IMG/VR virus record: IMGVR_UViG_3300046385_000126
Location: 64,001 to 101,004 of that record
Strand: one strand, 5' to 3'
From: a virus
Taxonomy: Duplodnaviria > Heunggongvirae > Uroviricota > Caudoviricetes
Length of the DNA: 37,004 nt
A program made the position numbers and the translations under genes. Each line of letters opens with the position of its first letter. Position 1 is the first letter of the stretch. Below, one piece after another: positions 1 through 9,607 of the stretch. The notes below the pieces were generated by a model, which was not told where the DNA came from, searched no databases, and saw only the letters and a program-made list of their open reading frames with translations.

Positions 1-4
1 AGCT

Positions 5-2623
5 ATGAAAAATATTGAAAGCCTAATTACGCCACTAGTACAGACTCAGTTTCCTGAATTCTATCAGGAGCATGGTCCAAAGTTTATTGACTTTGTCCAG
101 CAGTATTATGCATGGATGGAAACCAATAATCAAGCACTACATGTATCACGTAGTTTGTTTGACATTCGTGATATTGATAAGACCTCGGACGACTTTGTCA
201 CGCACTTTAAACAGAAATACTTAAACGGTATTACGTTTGCTTCTGAGGCAGATTCACGTTTGCTTACAAAGAACTCTTTAAGTCTCTATCAAAATAAAGG
301 TACAGGTGACAGTGTTAGTACTACTATTCGTGCTTTGTTTGACCAAGAGGCCACGATATATTATCCAAAGAATGATATTTTAAAGTCATCTCACGGAACA
401 TGGGTGCGCCCATTATATCTTGAGTTATCTATGTCCACGAAGACTCGTACCCTTGTTGGTCATGAAATTATCGGTAGTATCACAGGTGCCAAAGCCTTTG
501 CAGAAAGTTTGGTACGTAGACGCATCGGTACAAAGTTCATTGATATCTTATATTTGAGTGATATACGGGGCGACTTTACAACAGGTGAGCTGATCACTCT
601 TTCATCTGATACGGTAATAGACGATGCTCCCACAATCGTAGGATCGATGACAGAAGTTACTGTGGTAACAGGTGGGGCCAACTTTAAGGTCGGTGATGTG
701 TTTACTGTTGAGTCTGAAAACGGCCGACAAGGTAAAGCTCGTGTTACGGAAGTATCAAATCAAACCGGTAAGGTTAATTTTATTTTTACTACACCACTTG
801 AGAGCGGTGGTTGGGGTTATGCGCTCGATTCTGAAGTGATCGTATCTGATAAGGTACTAAATGTTACAAACATAACAAACAGCAACACACAAATCACAGA
901 TTTCAGTAGACTTGAAACAGTTGTACAGCGATTAGCAAATATTAGTTATACAACTGCAACGCCAAACAATGCCGGCTTCGCTCCTGGCACGGTGATTGAA
1001 AACTATCACGCAAACGGCGTCGTATCTGCTAATGCTATCGTTGTATCCTCATCTACAACAAACAGCACAGCTGGCTACATTATCGTTGCTCCGTATTCTG
1101 GAAACATTGTTTCTGTAGATACTACGTTTGCCATTAAAGGCAACACAACAACTGCAGTTGTTGGTTCCTATGCTGACCGCACGACAAATGCTGTAATTGT
1201 TGGCACCAACACTGATTTTGTTGGTGTTTATAACATTACTGGAAGTGTATTTGTTAAAACACCGTATGCTAACCTAGTCGGTCTGACAACTAACACGACA
1301 GCTACCATCGCAAACATTAGTATTGGCACAGATGCAGGATTCTCTATCGGTTATCTAACCGACACTGAATCTGTATTATTAACACCCGACTTCCTGTATA
1401 GCAACAACACATCCAACGTCGTTTTCAGCACGATTAATCTAACTGGAAATAACTCTGGTGCGTCGTTGCAGTACGGTACCGCGCAAGCAATTACAGGTGG
1501 TTTCGCATATGGTGGATTTGGTTTTGTCAAATATCCTGGCTCTAACATAGATAGTATTTTGTTTGATTGTTTGAGATTCGATACGACAACCATTGGATCA
1601 ATTGCATCACTGGTATCGATCAATCCTGGTAATGACTACAACGTTGATCCATTTGTTGCTGTGGTTGAGCCACGTGTAACAGGATATGATCGACATGATT
1701 ATCTAATGAACATTACACCACAGACTGGTGTGTTTATTTACGGGGAGCAGATCCAACAAACATATGACCTACCTGCTGTTCAGTTGACTGTAAATAACTT
1801 CTCCGGAACTGCTGCAAACGGTACACCCACAACAACTGTTGTAGTCAATGAATTTGTGTATCAATCAAATGCTACAGCCAATGTGGCGGCTAGTGGATAT
1901 GTGTTAGAGGCTGGCATATCAGGTGGTGCTGGCACGATTAAAGTTGCTAACACGTTTGGTACGTTTGTAGTGAGTGGAACATATAAATTAAAATCGTTGA
2001 ATACTGGTGGCACTGCAAACGTGTCTGCAGTGGCTGCAACCACATATGCAACTGTTGCTCGTGGTATTGTAAAGAGTGGATCAAATACATCACTTCTTAA
2101 ACTGAAGCGTATTAACCTTGAAAACACATTTACTACTGGTGGCACTGTTATTGGTCGTTCTTCCGGTGCGACGGCTATTATTGCTAACATTGATCAGGAC
2201 AAGACAACCCTACCTGTTGGTTTGAATGCAAACATTGTTGCAAACGTACAGACAGCAAACGGAGTAGTAACACGTATGGCGGTTGTTGATTCAGGCTTCG
2301 GTTATATTCAAAACGAAACAGTGACTCTGATTAAAGAAGATAGCCCTTTTGAAGTAACTGCTATAGTCGATCTAGGTAAACAAGGACAAGGTAATGGTTA
2401 CTTCTCAAGCACTAAAGGCTTCCTCGATTCAGATAAAAAGATCCATGATAACGATTACTATCAAGAATACAGCTATGAAGTTCAAACAAAAATTCCGTTT
2501 GACAGATATATCGACGTGTTGAAGCAAATTACACACGTCGCTGGTACAAAAGCATTTGGACGTGTTGTATCCATTTCGGAAGTAGATACTCCAATTAGCA
2601 TCATAAATAGTATTACTTACTAA
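5..2623 (+). CDS. gp7: Baseplate wedge initiator, gp7-like (872 aa)
   Basis: N-terminal 'LVQTQFPEFYQEHGPKFIDFVQQYYAWME' and C-terminal 'KIHDNDYYQEYSYEVQTK...THVAGTKAFG' match motifs I recognise in T4-like gp7; lies directly upstream of gp8. Upstream context is cut by the window edge. Confidence 0.75.
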   Translation: MKNIESLITPLVQTQFPEFYQEHGPKFIDFVQQYYAWMETNNQALHVSRSLFDIRDIDKTSDDFVTHFKQKYLNGITFASEADSRLLTKNSLSLYQNKGTGDSVSTTIRALFDQEATIYYPKNDILKSSHGTWVRPLYLELSMSTKTRTLVGHEIIGSITGAKAFAESLVRRRIGTKFIDILYLSDIRGDFTTGELITLSSDTVIDDAPTIVGSMTEVTVVTGGANFKVGDVFTVESENGRQGKARVTEVSNQTGKVNFIFTTPLESGGWGYALDSEVIVSDKVLNVTNITNSNTQITDFSRLETVVQRLANISYTTATPNNAGFAPGTVIENYHANGVVSANAIVVSSSTTNSTAGYIIVAPYSGNIVSVDTTFAIKGNTTTAVVGSYADRTTNAVIVGTNTDFVGVYNITGSVFVKTPYANLVGLTTNTTATIANISIGTDAGFSIGYLTDTESVLLTPDFLYSNNTSNVVFSTINLTGNNSGASLQYGTAQAITGGFAYGGFGFVKYPGSNIDSILFDCLRFDTTTIGSIASLVSINPGNDYNVDPFVAVVEPRVTGYDRHDYLMNITPQTGVFIYGEQIQQTYDLPAVQLTVNNFSGTAANGTPTTTVVVNEFVYQSNATANVAASGYVLEAGISGGAGTIKVANTFGTFVVSGTYKLKSLNTGGTANVSAVAATTYATVARGIVKSGSNTSLLKLKRINLENTFTTGGTVIGRSSGATAIIANIDQDKTTLPVGLNANIVANVQTANGVVTRMAVVDSGFGYIQNETVTLIKEDSPFEVTAIVDLGKQGQGNGYFSSTKGFLDSDKKIHDNDYYQEYSYEVQTKIPFDRYIDVLKQITHVAGTKAFGRVVSISEVDTPISIINSITY
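2602..2609 (+). promoter_or_regulatory. Possible T4-type late promoter (CATAAATA)
   Basis: One mismatch to TATAAATA, 25 nt upstream of the gp8 start, inside the gp7 3' end. Confidence 0.35.
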
Positions 2624-2633
2624 AACGAAACAA

Positions 2634-4406
2634 ATGTCAAAGCAACTAATATCTAATTACTTTCGTCTACACAATGTGAAGCAGTTTATCGAGTCTATTA
2701 ACGAAACTGCTAATAGCGTGTATTATGTCTATGCAGGACGCCACCAAGTTTATCCATCAGGAGATACTGTCGTTCCGGATATTATAAACAGCGTCGATGA
2801 AACATTATATACATCTTATAATGAAATGCTATTTGGTAAGCGTGTAGGGCCTACAGATGTAGTACCTATGGTGCCACGTTATGATTGGTCAACTAATACT
2901 AGTTACTCAGCGTACCGTAGCTCGGAAGACTTAACAGATAAACAATTCTATGTTGTTGTTAACGACACCACATATGATGTGTTTAAGTGTTTGGATAACA
3001 ACAGCAACACCCCGTCGACTGTTGCACCAAAATTAAGCGAAACATCAGCAGCAGATGAGTTCTATAGCACGTCTGATGGATATGTGTGGAAATATATGTA
3101 TTCTGTGGATTCCACCACGTTTAATAAATTTGCAACACAAACATCGATGCCTGTTATTGCAAATAACGACGTTGTTGCTAATGCAGTTTCCGGTGCTGTT
3201 GATGTTATATTGACCGCATACCCAGGATCTAATTACAACACGTATTTGTCTAATACTTTTTTATCTTCTGACATTCGCGTTGGTGGTGATGCGCTAAAAT
3301 ACAACATTGCTAATAACGCAACATCATCAAATAACTTTTATACGGGCAGTTTCATTTACATTAAAAATGGAACCGGTAACGGTCAGGGTCGTAGAATCGT
3401 TGATTATACCGTAATCGGTAGTACTAAAACGATCGAGCTTGACACAGCATTTAATGTTGCGCCAGATGTAACATCACAGTACGAAATTACACCAGCCGTT
3501 GTCATTACCGGTGATGGAACAGGTGCTATTGCGCGAGCGCTCGTAAACACTGCCTCTTCTAATTCAATCTCTCAAGTTGAGATTGTTACGCGTGGCAGCG
3601 GATACACATATGCATCAGCCCGTGTTACTGGTAATACCTCGGGTACTACAAACACTGCTGTGTTGGGTATTGTACTTGGACCAAAAAATGGTCACGGATC
3701 AGACCCATCATATGAACTTGGTAGCACATCTTTGTGCATCAGCACTACATTTGCAAATTCGGAAGTTGGCACCATTCCTGTTACCAACGACTACCGCTCG
3801 ATAGGCCTTGTTAAAGATCCATTATTTGCAAACGTGCAATTTACCGTCGGTTCTCTGACTGGTGTATTCAGTATTGGTGAAACTGTTACGCAACCAACGA
3901 CAGGTGCTGTCGGTATCGTTACTGAATTTGACAACATTAACACCCTCACTCTTACGAACGTTAGTGGTATCTTTCTAACAGGTAATTCTACTGTGAACCC
4001 CCTACAAGGTGGGTCGTCGGGTGCAACCTCATCATTAGTATCTTACCAGATTAACGGTCAAGCAAAGAATTTTAATACCTTTGATCAGCGCAACCGTTTC
4101 ACATTCACACCGATAGTAGGATCATTTATTCCTGATGAAGAGGTATACCAGACTGACGTACAGTTGGCAAACGCTGTGTTTCACAGCAATACGTCCGCTA
4201 ACATTTATTTGACGCATGTAAGAGGCACACTAAATACAGGTAACAGTATTATCGGCCAATTGAGTGGCGCATCTGCAACGCTTGTTTATGCCTACCCGCC
4301 TGATCTGGTCATCGGCTCTGGAGAAGTGCTCTACGTTGAAAACGGAAGTGCCATTTCACGCTCCAACAGCCAATCCGAAACAGTAAAGATTATTCTGCAG
4401 TTTTAA
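2634..4406 (+). CDS. gp8: Baseplate wedge subunit gp8 (590 aa, extended)
   Basis: Motifs 'PRYDWS...FYVV...VFKCLDNN..STVAP...SDGYVWKYMY' and terminal 'GEVLYVEN...RSNSQSETVKIILQF' are typical of gp8. Confidence 0.85.
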   Translation: MSKQLISNYFRLHNVKQFIESINETANSVYYVYAGRHQVYPSGDTVVPDIINSVDETLYTSYNEMLFGKRVGPTDVVPMVPRYDWSTNTSYSAYRSSEDLTDKQFYVVVNDTTYDVFKCLDNNSNTPSTVAPKLSETSAADEFYSTSDGYVWKYMYSVDSTTFNKFATQTSMPVIANNDVVANAVSGAVDVILTAYPGSNYNTYLSNTFLSSDIRVGGDALKYNIANNATSSNNFYTGSFIYIKNGTGNGQGRRIVDYTVIGSTKTIELDTAFNVAPDVTSQYEITPAVVITGDGTGAIARALVNTASSNSISQVEIVTRGSGYTYASARVTGNTSGTTNTAVLGIVLGPKNGHGSDPSYELGSTSLCISTTFANSEVGTIPVTNDYRSIGLVKDPLFANVQFTVGSLTGVFSIGETVTQPTTGAVGIVTEFDNINTLTLTNVSGIFLTGNSTVNPLQGGSSGATSSLVSYQINGQAKNFNTFDQRNRFTFTPIVGSFIPDEEVYQTDVQLANAVFHSNTSANIYLTHVRGTLNTGNSIIGQLSGASATLVYAYPPDLVIGSGEVLYVENGSAISRSNSQSETVKIILQF

Positions 4407-4415
4407 GAGAAAAAC

Positions 4416-7400
4416 ATGCCATTAGAAAACACACTTAGCGCTAGCCCATATTTTGACGATTATGATCAGGCTAAAGAATTTTATAAAGTTCTTTTTAAAC
4501 CTGGCGTTGCGTTACAAACGCGCGAGTTGAATCAGCTACAAAGCATTCTGCAAAACCAGATCGAGCGATTTGGTAACCATGTATTCAAGTCTGGCACCAT
4601 TATCAGTGGTGTCAACTTTTCATACATCCCAACATACACATACGTCAAGATTCTTGACACAGAGACTAGCGGCACACCGTCTCTTCCATCTTCATATGTT
4701 GACTACTTCGTCAAGAGTGATCTAAACCTGACTGCTCGTATCGTCAATTATGAAGATGGTTTGGAATCAAAATCTCCTGATTTGAAGACATTGTATCTTC
4801 AATATACTAACAGCTCACAACCTGACACTGCTAATGGTAATGCGATCTATACTACATTTAGACCTGATCAGTTGTTGACTGTTTATAGCAAAGACAACAA
4901 CCTATTCAGCGTCACTGTTAATAACGGTGGTCTGGGCTTTTCTAACGCAGATGCTGTTGTAGTAACGAGTGCGATCACCATTACTGGCAACACTATTGCG
5001 TTTGCAAATGGTGAGACTATTACACAGTCTACTACCGGTGCAAAAGCTGTTATTGCTTCCGTCAATACAACCGCAATTGCAAACACAACAATTTTGAAAA
5101 TTAAGCCACGCACGGCTGATTTGACTAACACATCGGTAAGTGCTAATGCGTGGACAATGTCGACTGGTTACAACGTTGTCGGTGGAACTAGTGGTGCAAC
5201 AGCAAACGTTGTGTCGCTGATTGGTAGTGGCGCAGTTGGTCTGGTTTCTACAGATACACAGGGTATTGTTCAGACACTTACACTAGCTGATGGTGGTGCT
5301 GGTTATGACTTCCTTCCTCACGTTACCCTAAAAACAGCTAACTCGACAGCAACTGTTAATAACCTTGACTTGCAACCAAGCAACTTCAAGGCTCTGATCA
5401 CTGTTGCTAATACCAGCACAAACGCCATCGGAACTGGATATGCATTTGGTGTGTCCGAAGGTATCATCTACCAAAAAGGTTACTTCCTTAAAGTAGAACC
5501 ACAAGTTATCACAGTTGATAAGTTTACAACTGCACCAGATAGCGTTGCTGTTGGTTTTAAGACTGTTGAAACCATTGTTGATGCTTATACAGATGAGTCT
5601 CTGTATGATAACGCTGCTAACACAACCAATTATACAGCTCCTGGTGCTGATCGTCTAACGCTTACTCCTGTTCTTACGTTGATGACGACAGCAGAAGCTC
5701 AGGCTAACGTAGACTTCTTTGCATTGGCTGAATGGAAAGAAGGGTTCCCATATAAGGAAAACCGTGTTTCTGTATACTCTAACCTTGCTGATGAACTAGC
5801 GCGCCGTACACGTGAGGCACAAGGTAACTTTGTTGTTGATTCATTCCAGGTTGGTACGAAAGAAAAGGCAACGCCAAACACATCAACTGTACAGACAGTT
5901 ATTGACCCTGGTCTGGCATACATCTCTGGTTACCGTGTTCAGACATCGTACAACAACTACCTTGATGTTGATCGCTCCACAACGAAGACTTCGTTGAGCA
6001 ACCAAAGTATTACTGTTAACTACGGTAACTACGTCAAGGTCAAAGAACTAGCTGGCTTGTTTAACTTCAAAGCTGGTGATACAGTCAGTCTTTATGATAC
6101 AGCAAAACAATATGTGTCAGCATCTACTATTAGTACAAACGGATCAATTGCACCTGCAGGTACCCAAATTGGTACTGCCCGCATTCGTTCACTAGTTATT
6201 GATTCTGGCAGCCCAGGCACACCAGACTGTGTATACAGAATGTATTTGTTTGATGTTGTAATGACTCCTGGACACTCTTTCCGTCAAGCGAGAAGCATAT
6301 TTTTCGATGGTACTGTTCAAGACGGTATCGCTGATATTGCTCTTGAGTATGATGCTACAACATCAGCAAACCTAGCATTCTTGAATGATGTGAATAACGA
6401 TCAGTTGATATTCAATATCGGTCAACCAGCGGTCGCTACACTAAGCGATCTTTCATATCAATATAGAACAGTATCCGATGCTACACTACAACTAACGTCT
6501 GGTGGCCAAGTTGTTATTGGTCCGTTGGGATCAGGCCTATCATTCCCATATAGTGATGGCACGCTTTCTTCAACACAGGAACGCGACTTCATCGTATTCC
6601 CAATTGCAAACACGCAAGCTGCAGCAAATATTGGTGGGTCATTAGCAGTCAATGCAAGCAACACTATCATTGTTGGAACAAGCACGACGTTTGCAAGTGA
6701 TCTACGTGTTGGTGACCATGTTAAGTTACTTGCCGCTAACGGATCCAGCATTGTTAGACAGGTTTCTTCAATTGCAAATAACACATACCTGACGCTGACG
6801 TCTAACGCATCTGTTTCGTTTACAGCAAACGCTGTAATATTCTATCCCGCTCTTTATCCGTTGGATGTTGAAAACAGAAGCGACCGCACCATCACTGTTT
6901 CTGCTAGTAGCAAGACTGTTACCATCAACATCAACAAAACGCTGGCCGGAACCGCTAACGTTATTGCTGTTTACAATATTAAGTCTACCGCAGCAACTCC
7001 TGTTACTAAAACAATCAAACGCGATATCTTTGTTAAGCTACACACAAGCAACAACGTGTCAAGCAACACCGGTCCTTGGGCACTTGGTCTTCCTGGTGCC
7101 GCTCGATTGAAGAAGGTGTTTTTGGGTACAGATGCTGCTGTTAACACATCGAGCACAGATGTAACAAAATACTTCTATGTAGATTCTGGTGATGATGAAA
7201 ACGCATACCGCACTTCTCGTTTGGTATTGAACACTGGTGCAAATCTTGCTGTTAATACCAACCAGTATATCATGGCTCAGCTTGATGTATTTACAAATAA
7301 CGGTCAAGAAGGTTTCTTTACTGTTGGTTCGTACAACATCGATGATACGAAGACTCTGGCAGCTTCAAACACCACAATTAACACACTGGAAATTCCAGAA

Positions 7401-9155
7401 ACGATCACAAACAAAGGCATTTATTATGACCAGCGTGATGTTATCGATTTCCGTCCATACGGTACTGCAACCGCTAACCTATCCACGACTGTGGCTGGCG
7501 CGACTGTCAATCCTGCAAATACGTTTGCATTGAGTGGTGACGACCAGTTCTTCCCTGTACCAGACTCCGCTGTTACGTTTGGTGTTGAATACTACAACAC
7601 ACGTATGGACCGCGTCGTTGTACGTCAAGACTCCACGTTCGAAGTGTTGAGTGGCGTGTCAACACTATCACAGCCTGTTCCACCCCGCGCACCAGCTGAT
7701 GCTGTTACGTTGGCGTTGTTGACTATTCCTCCATATCCTTCACTACCATCTGCATTCAACTCTACCACACTAGAGTTTGTTTCAAAAGGAGTTGGTAGCT
7801 CTAAAGGACCAATTTCAAAACGAACTGCTGATTATAAGATTAACACACGTGCATCCAAAGGTACACGTAACGAGCAGCCTCGTAGATACACTATGCAGGA
7901 TCTTGGCGCTATTGAGCGTCGACTTACCAACGTAGAGTATGCTGTCTCTTTGAGTCAAGTAGAATCTGCAATTAAAGATGTGGTTATCCCTAGCGGAATT
8001 ACACCAACAACCAGCCGCTTCAAGAATGGCTTCTTCGTTGAGCCTTTTGATGACTACACAAAAGTCGATCTATCGAGCCGCGAATATGCTGCAACAATTG
8101 ACCAGCAAAAAGGGTTTTTGAAACCACCTACAAAGCAGATTAACTTTGAAGCATGCTTTGATTTGACAGATACTGCTACAGCTAACTCCGTTGTGACTGG
8201 TAATACCCTGATGTTGCCTTTTACTGATGAGTTGCTGATCGATCAAAGTATCAAGAGCTCTGTCGTAGGGGTTGACGGTCACCGCATTCAATTCAACGGC
8301 GAAGGTACAATTACTCCTTCCTCCTTCTCCATTCAGACACGTGGCGAAGTCACGGTTGTGGAGGATCCGCCACCACTTCCACCACCTAACTATGGTGGTC
8401 CAGGCGATGATAGTGGATTCTTCGAGGGTCTAGTTGAGGGTGTGGGTGATTTGGTTGACGGTATTCTTTCGCCTATATCTGATGGCGATTGCTTCACACC
8501 TGAAACAATCATCTTTATGGCTGATGGATCATCCAAGCAAATTAAAGACGTTAAGGCTGGTGAACGTGTACTTGCATCTGATATGAAAACAGTCAACACT
8601 GTTCGTTATATTGAGATGTTGCGTAAGACGTCATGGGATTCATTGTATTCTCCATCACCATCGTTTAAGCCTTTTGTCACTGTTAACCACCCACTGATCA
8701 TTAACGGTGAATTGGTGTCTGTTGACCCTAATGAGACATACATGAGATATCCATGGTTAGGTATGTCCGTCAGCATTGATAAATATACCGATCACGTTGA
8801 AATGATTCCATCTGATAACCGACCAGTATATAACTTGTGGGTTGACGGGGACGGTACATATATTGTTAACGGCTTTGGTACCACATCGATCGTCGGTCAC
8901 GGCTACGCGTTGGCTGGTGCAGTTCTACGTGGCAGTATCAATCACGATCAAACGATGGAGATTATGCGTAGATTCACCTCAGATGGCCGCGAACTACAAT
9001 ATGGGTCATACATCGTAAACAAGGTGCTTGATAAACTAAACATTAAATGGGTAAATGACATGCTATTTGCAGTTGCCTTGCAGGACGGTGTTGCTAAGAA
9101 GGCACTATTCGGCATCACCAGATTCATTGGTACACTAGCCTGGATGGCAAAGTAA
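4416..9155 (+). CDS. vrlC: VrlC/DUF4815-type large baseplate/virion protein, N-terminal part, with C-terminal Hint domain (1579 aa)
   Basis: N-terminus 'SPYFDDYD...FYKVLFKPGVALQTRELNQLQSILQNQIERFG..FKSG' plus 'APGADRL', 'DPGLAYISGY', 'YTMQDLGAIERRL..VEY..SLS' and 'RFKNGFFVEPF' are VrlC-family motifs; follows gp8. Confidence 0.8.
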   Translation: MPLENTLSASPYFDDYDQAKEFYKVLFKPGVALQTRELNQLQSILQNQIERFGNHVFKSGTIISGVNFSYIPTYTYVKILDTETSGTPSLPSSYVDYFVKSDLNLTARIVNYEDGLESKSPDLKTLYLQYTNSSQPDTANGNAIYTTFRPDQLLTVYSKDNNLFSVTVNNGGLGFSNADAVVVTSAITITGNTIAFANGETITQSTTGAKAVIASVNTTAIANTTILKIKPRTADLTNTSVSANAWTMSTGYNVVGGTSGATANVVSLIGSGAVGLVSTDTQGIVQTLTLADGGAGYDFLPHVTLKTANSTATVNNLDLQPSNFKALITVANTSTNAIGTGYAFGVSEGIIYQKGYFLKVEPQVITVDKFTTAPDSVAVGFKTVETIVDAYTDESLYDNAANTTNYTAPGADRLTLTPVLTLMTTAEAQANVDFFALAEWKEGFPYKENRVSVYSNLADELARRTREAQGNFVVDSFQVGTKEKATPNTSTVQTVIDPGLAYISGYRVQTSYNNYLDVDRSTTKTSLSNQSITVNYGNYVKVKELAGLFNFKAGDTVSLYDTAKQYVSASTISTNGSIAPAGTQIGTARIRSLVIDSGSPGTPDCVYRMYLFDVVMTPGHSFRQARSIFFDGTVQDGIADIALEYDATTSANLAFLNDVNNDQLIFNIGQPAVATLSDLSYQYRTVSDATLQLTSGGQVVIGPLGSGLSFPYSDGTLSSTQERDFIVFPIANTQAAANIGGSLAVNASNTIIVGTSTTFASDLRVGDHVKLLAANGSSIVRQVSSIANNTYLTLTSNASVSFTANAVIFYPALYPLDVENRSDRTITVSASSKTVTININKTLAGTANVIAVYNIKSTAATPVTKTIKRDIFVKLHTSNNVSSNTGPWALGLPGAARLKKVFLGTDAAVNTSSTDVTKYFYVDSGDDENAYRTSRLVLNTGANLAVNTNQYIMAQLDVFTNNGQEGFFTVGSYNIDDTKTLAASNTTINTLEIPETITNKGIYYDQRDVIDFRPYGTATANLSTTVAGATVNPANTFALSGDDQFFPVPDSAVTFGVEYYNTRMDRVVVRQDSTFEVLSGVSTLSQPVPPRAPADAVTLALLTIPPYPSLPSAFNSTTLEFVSKGVGSSKGPISKRTADYKINTRASKGTRNEQPRRYTMQDLGAIERRLTNVEYAVSLSQVESAIKDVVIPSGITPTTSRFKNGFFVEPFDDYTKVDLSSREYAATIDQQKGFLKPPTKQINFEACFDLTDTATANSVVTGNTLMLPFTDELLIDQSIKSSVVGVDGHRIQFNGEGTITPSSFSIQTRGEVTVVEDPPPLPPPNYGGPGDDSGFFEGLVEGVGDLVDGILSPISDGDCFTPETIIFMADGSSKQIKDVKAGERVLASDMKTVNTVRYIEMLRKTSWDSLYSPSPSFKPFVTVNHPLIINGELVSVDPNETYMRYPWLGMSVSIDKYTDHVEMIPSDNRPVYNLWVDGDGTYIVNGFGTTSIVGHGYALAGAVLRGSINHDQTMEIMRRFTSDGRELQYGSYIVNKVLDKLNIKWVNDMLFAVALQDGVAKKALFGITRFIGTLAWMAK
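8490..8888 (+). other. Hint (Hedgehog/intein) domain, aa ~1359-1491 of the VrlC-like ORF
   Basis: Block A 'CFTPETIIFMADGSSKQIKDVKAGERVLA', block B 'VTVNHP' (TxxH), block F 'VYNLWVDGDGTYIVNG'; ends 'TTS' instead of 'HN-C/S/T'. Confidence 0.85.
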
Positions 9156-9164
9156 AGGTAAAAA

Positions 9165-9587
9165 ATGCCGAAGAAAATTAATCCTCGTCTATTCTTTCTG
9201 GCACGTGAGCAGGTATTTCGTTTTGAAGTATCTTCTCTGATGCCGTCGACATATCATAACTTTTTCTTTGAAAGACAGAAAGTTGACGCTTCAAAAATTA
9301 AGCCCGTTGGCGGTAAGATCGGTGATCCGATAATCACCGACGCAGACGGTAAGGTATCGTTTGACTATTACTATGATTCAGGTCTCACATCAGACGCAAC
9401 AGCAGTTGATCAAGCACAACAAAAAGCGAATAGTGTAGCTGGCAACAAAGAAGTAATCGTTGCTGCCTCAGCAATAGACACACTTGCAAACGACTTCGAA
9501 TCGACGGTGTTGTCTTATTTTAGATCACATATCCGCATACAGGTATACGTTGTGCCGGAAAGTGACTATGCAGAAGTCAAACAATAA
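9165..9587 (+). CDS. VrlC-family middle segment as a separate ORF (140 aa)
   Basis: 'REQVFRFEVSSLMPST..NFFFE...ITDADGKVSF' resembles the internal 'F...GLKPNTR.Y.FFD...TD..G' segment of full-length VrlC proteins. Confidence 0.55.
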   Translation: MPKKINPRLFFLAREQVFRFEVSSLMPSTYHNFFFERQKVDASKIKPVGGKIGDPIITDADGKVSFDYYYDSGLTSDATAVDQAQQKANSVAGNKEVIVAASAIDTLANDFESTVLSYFRSHIRIQVYVVPESDYAEVKQ

Positions 9588-9607
9588 CAAATACGACAGG
9601 AACAAAT

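Noticed and set aside
8490-8888. Hint domain as a canonical splicing intein
   Set aside because: It lacks the terminal His-Asn and any homing endonuclease, and lies near the C-terminus of a structural protein rather than in a conserved enzyme core.
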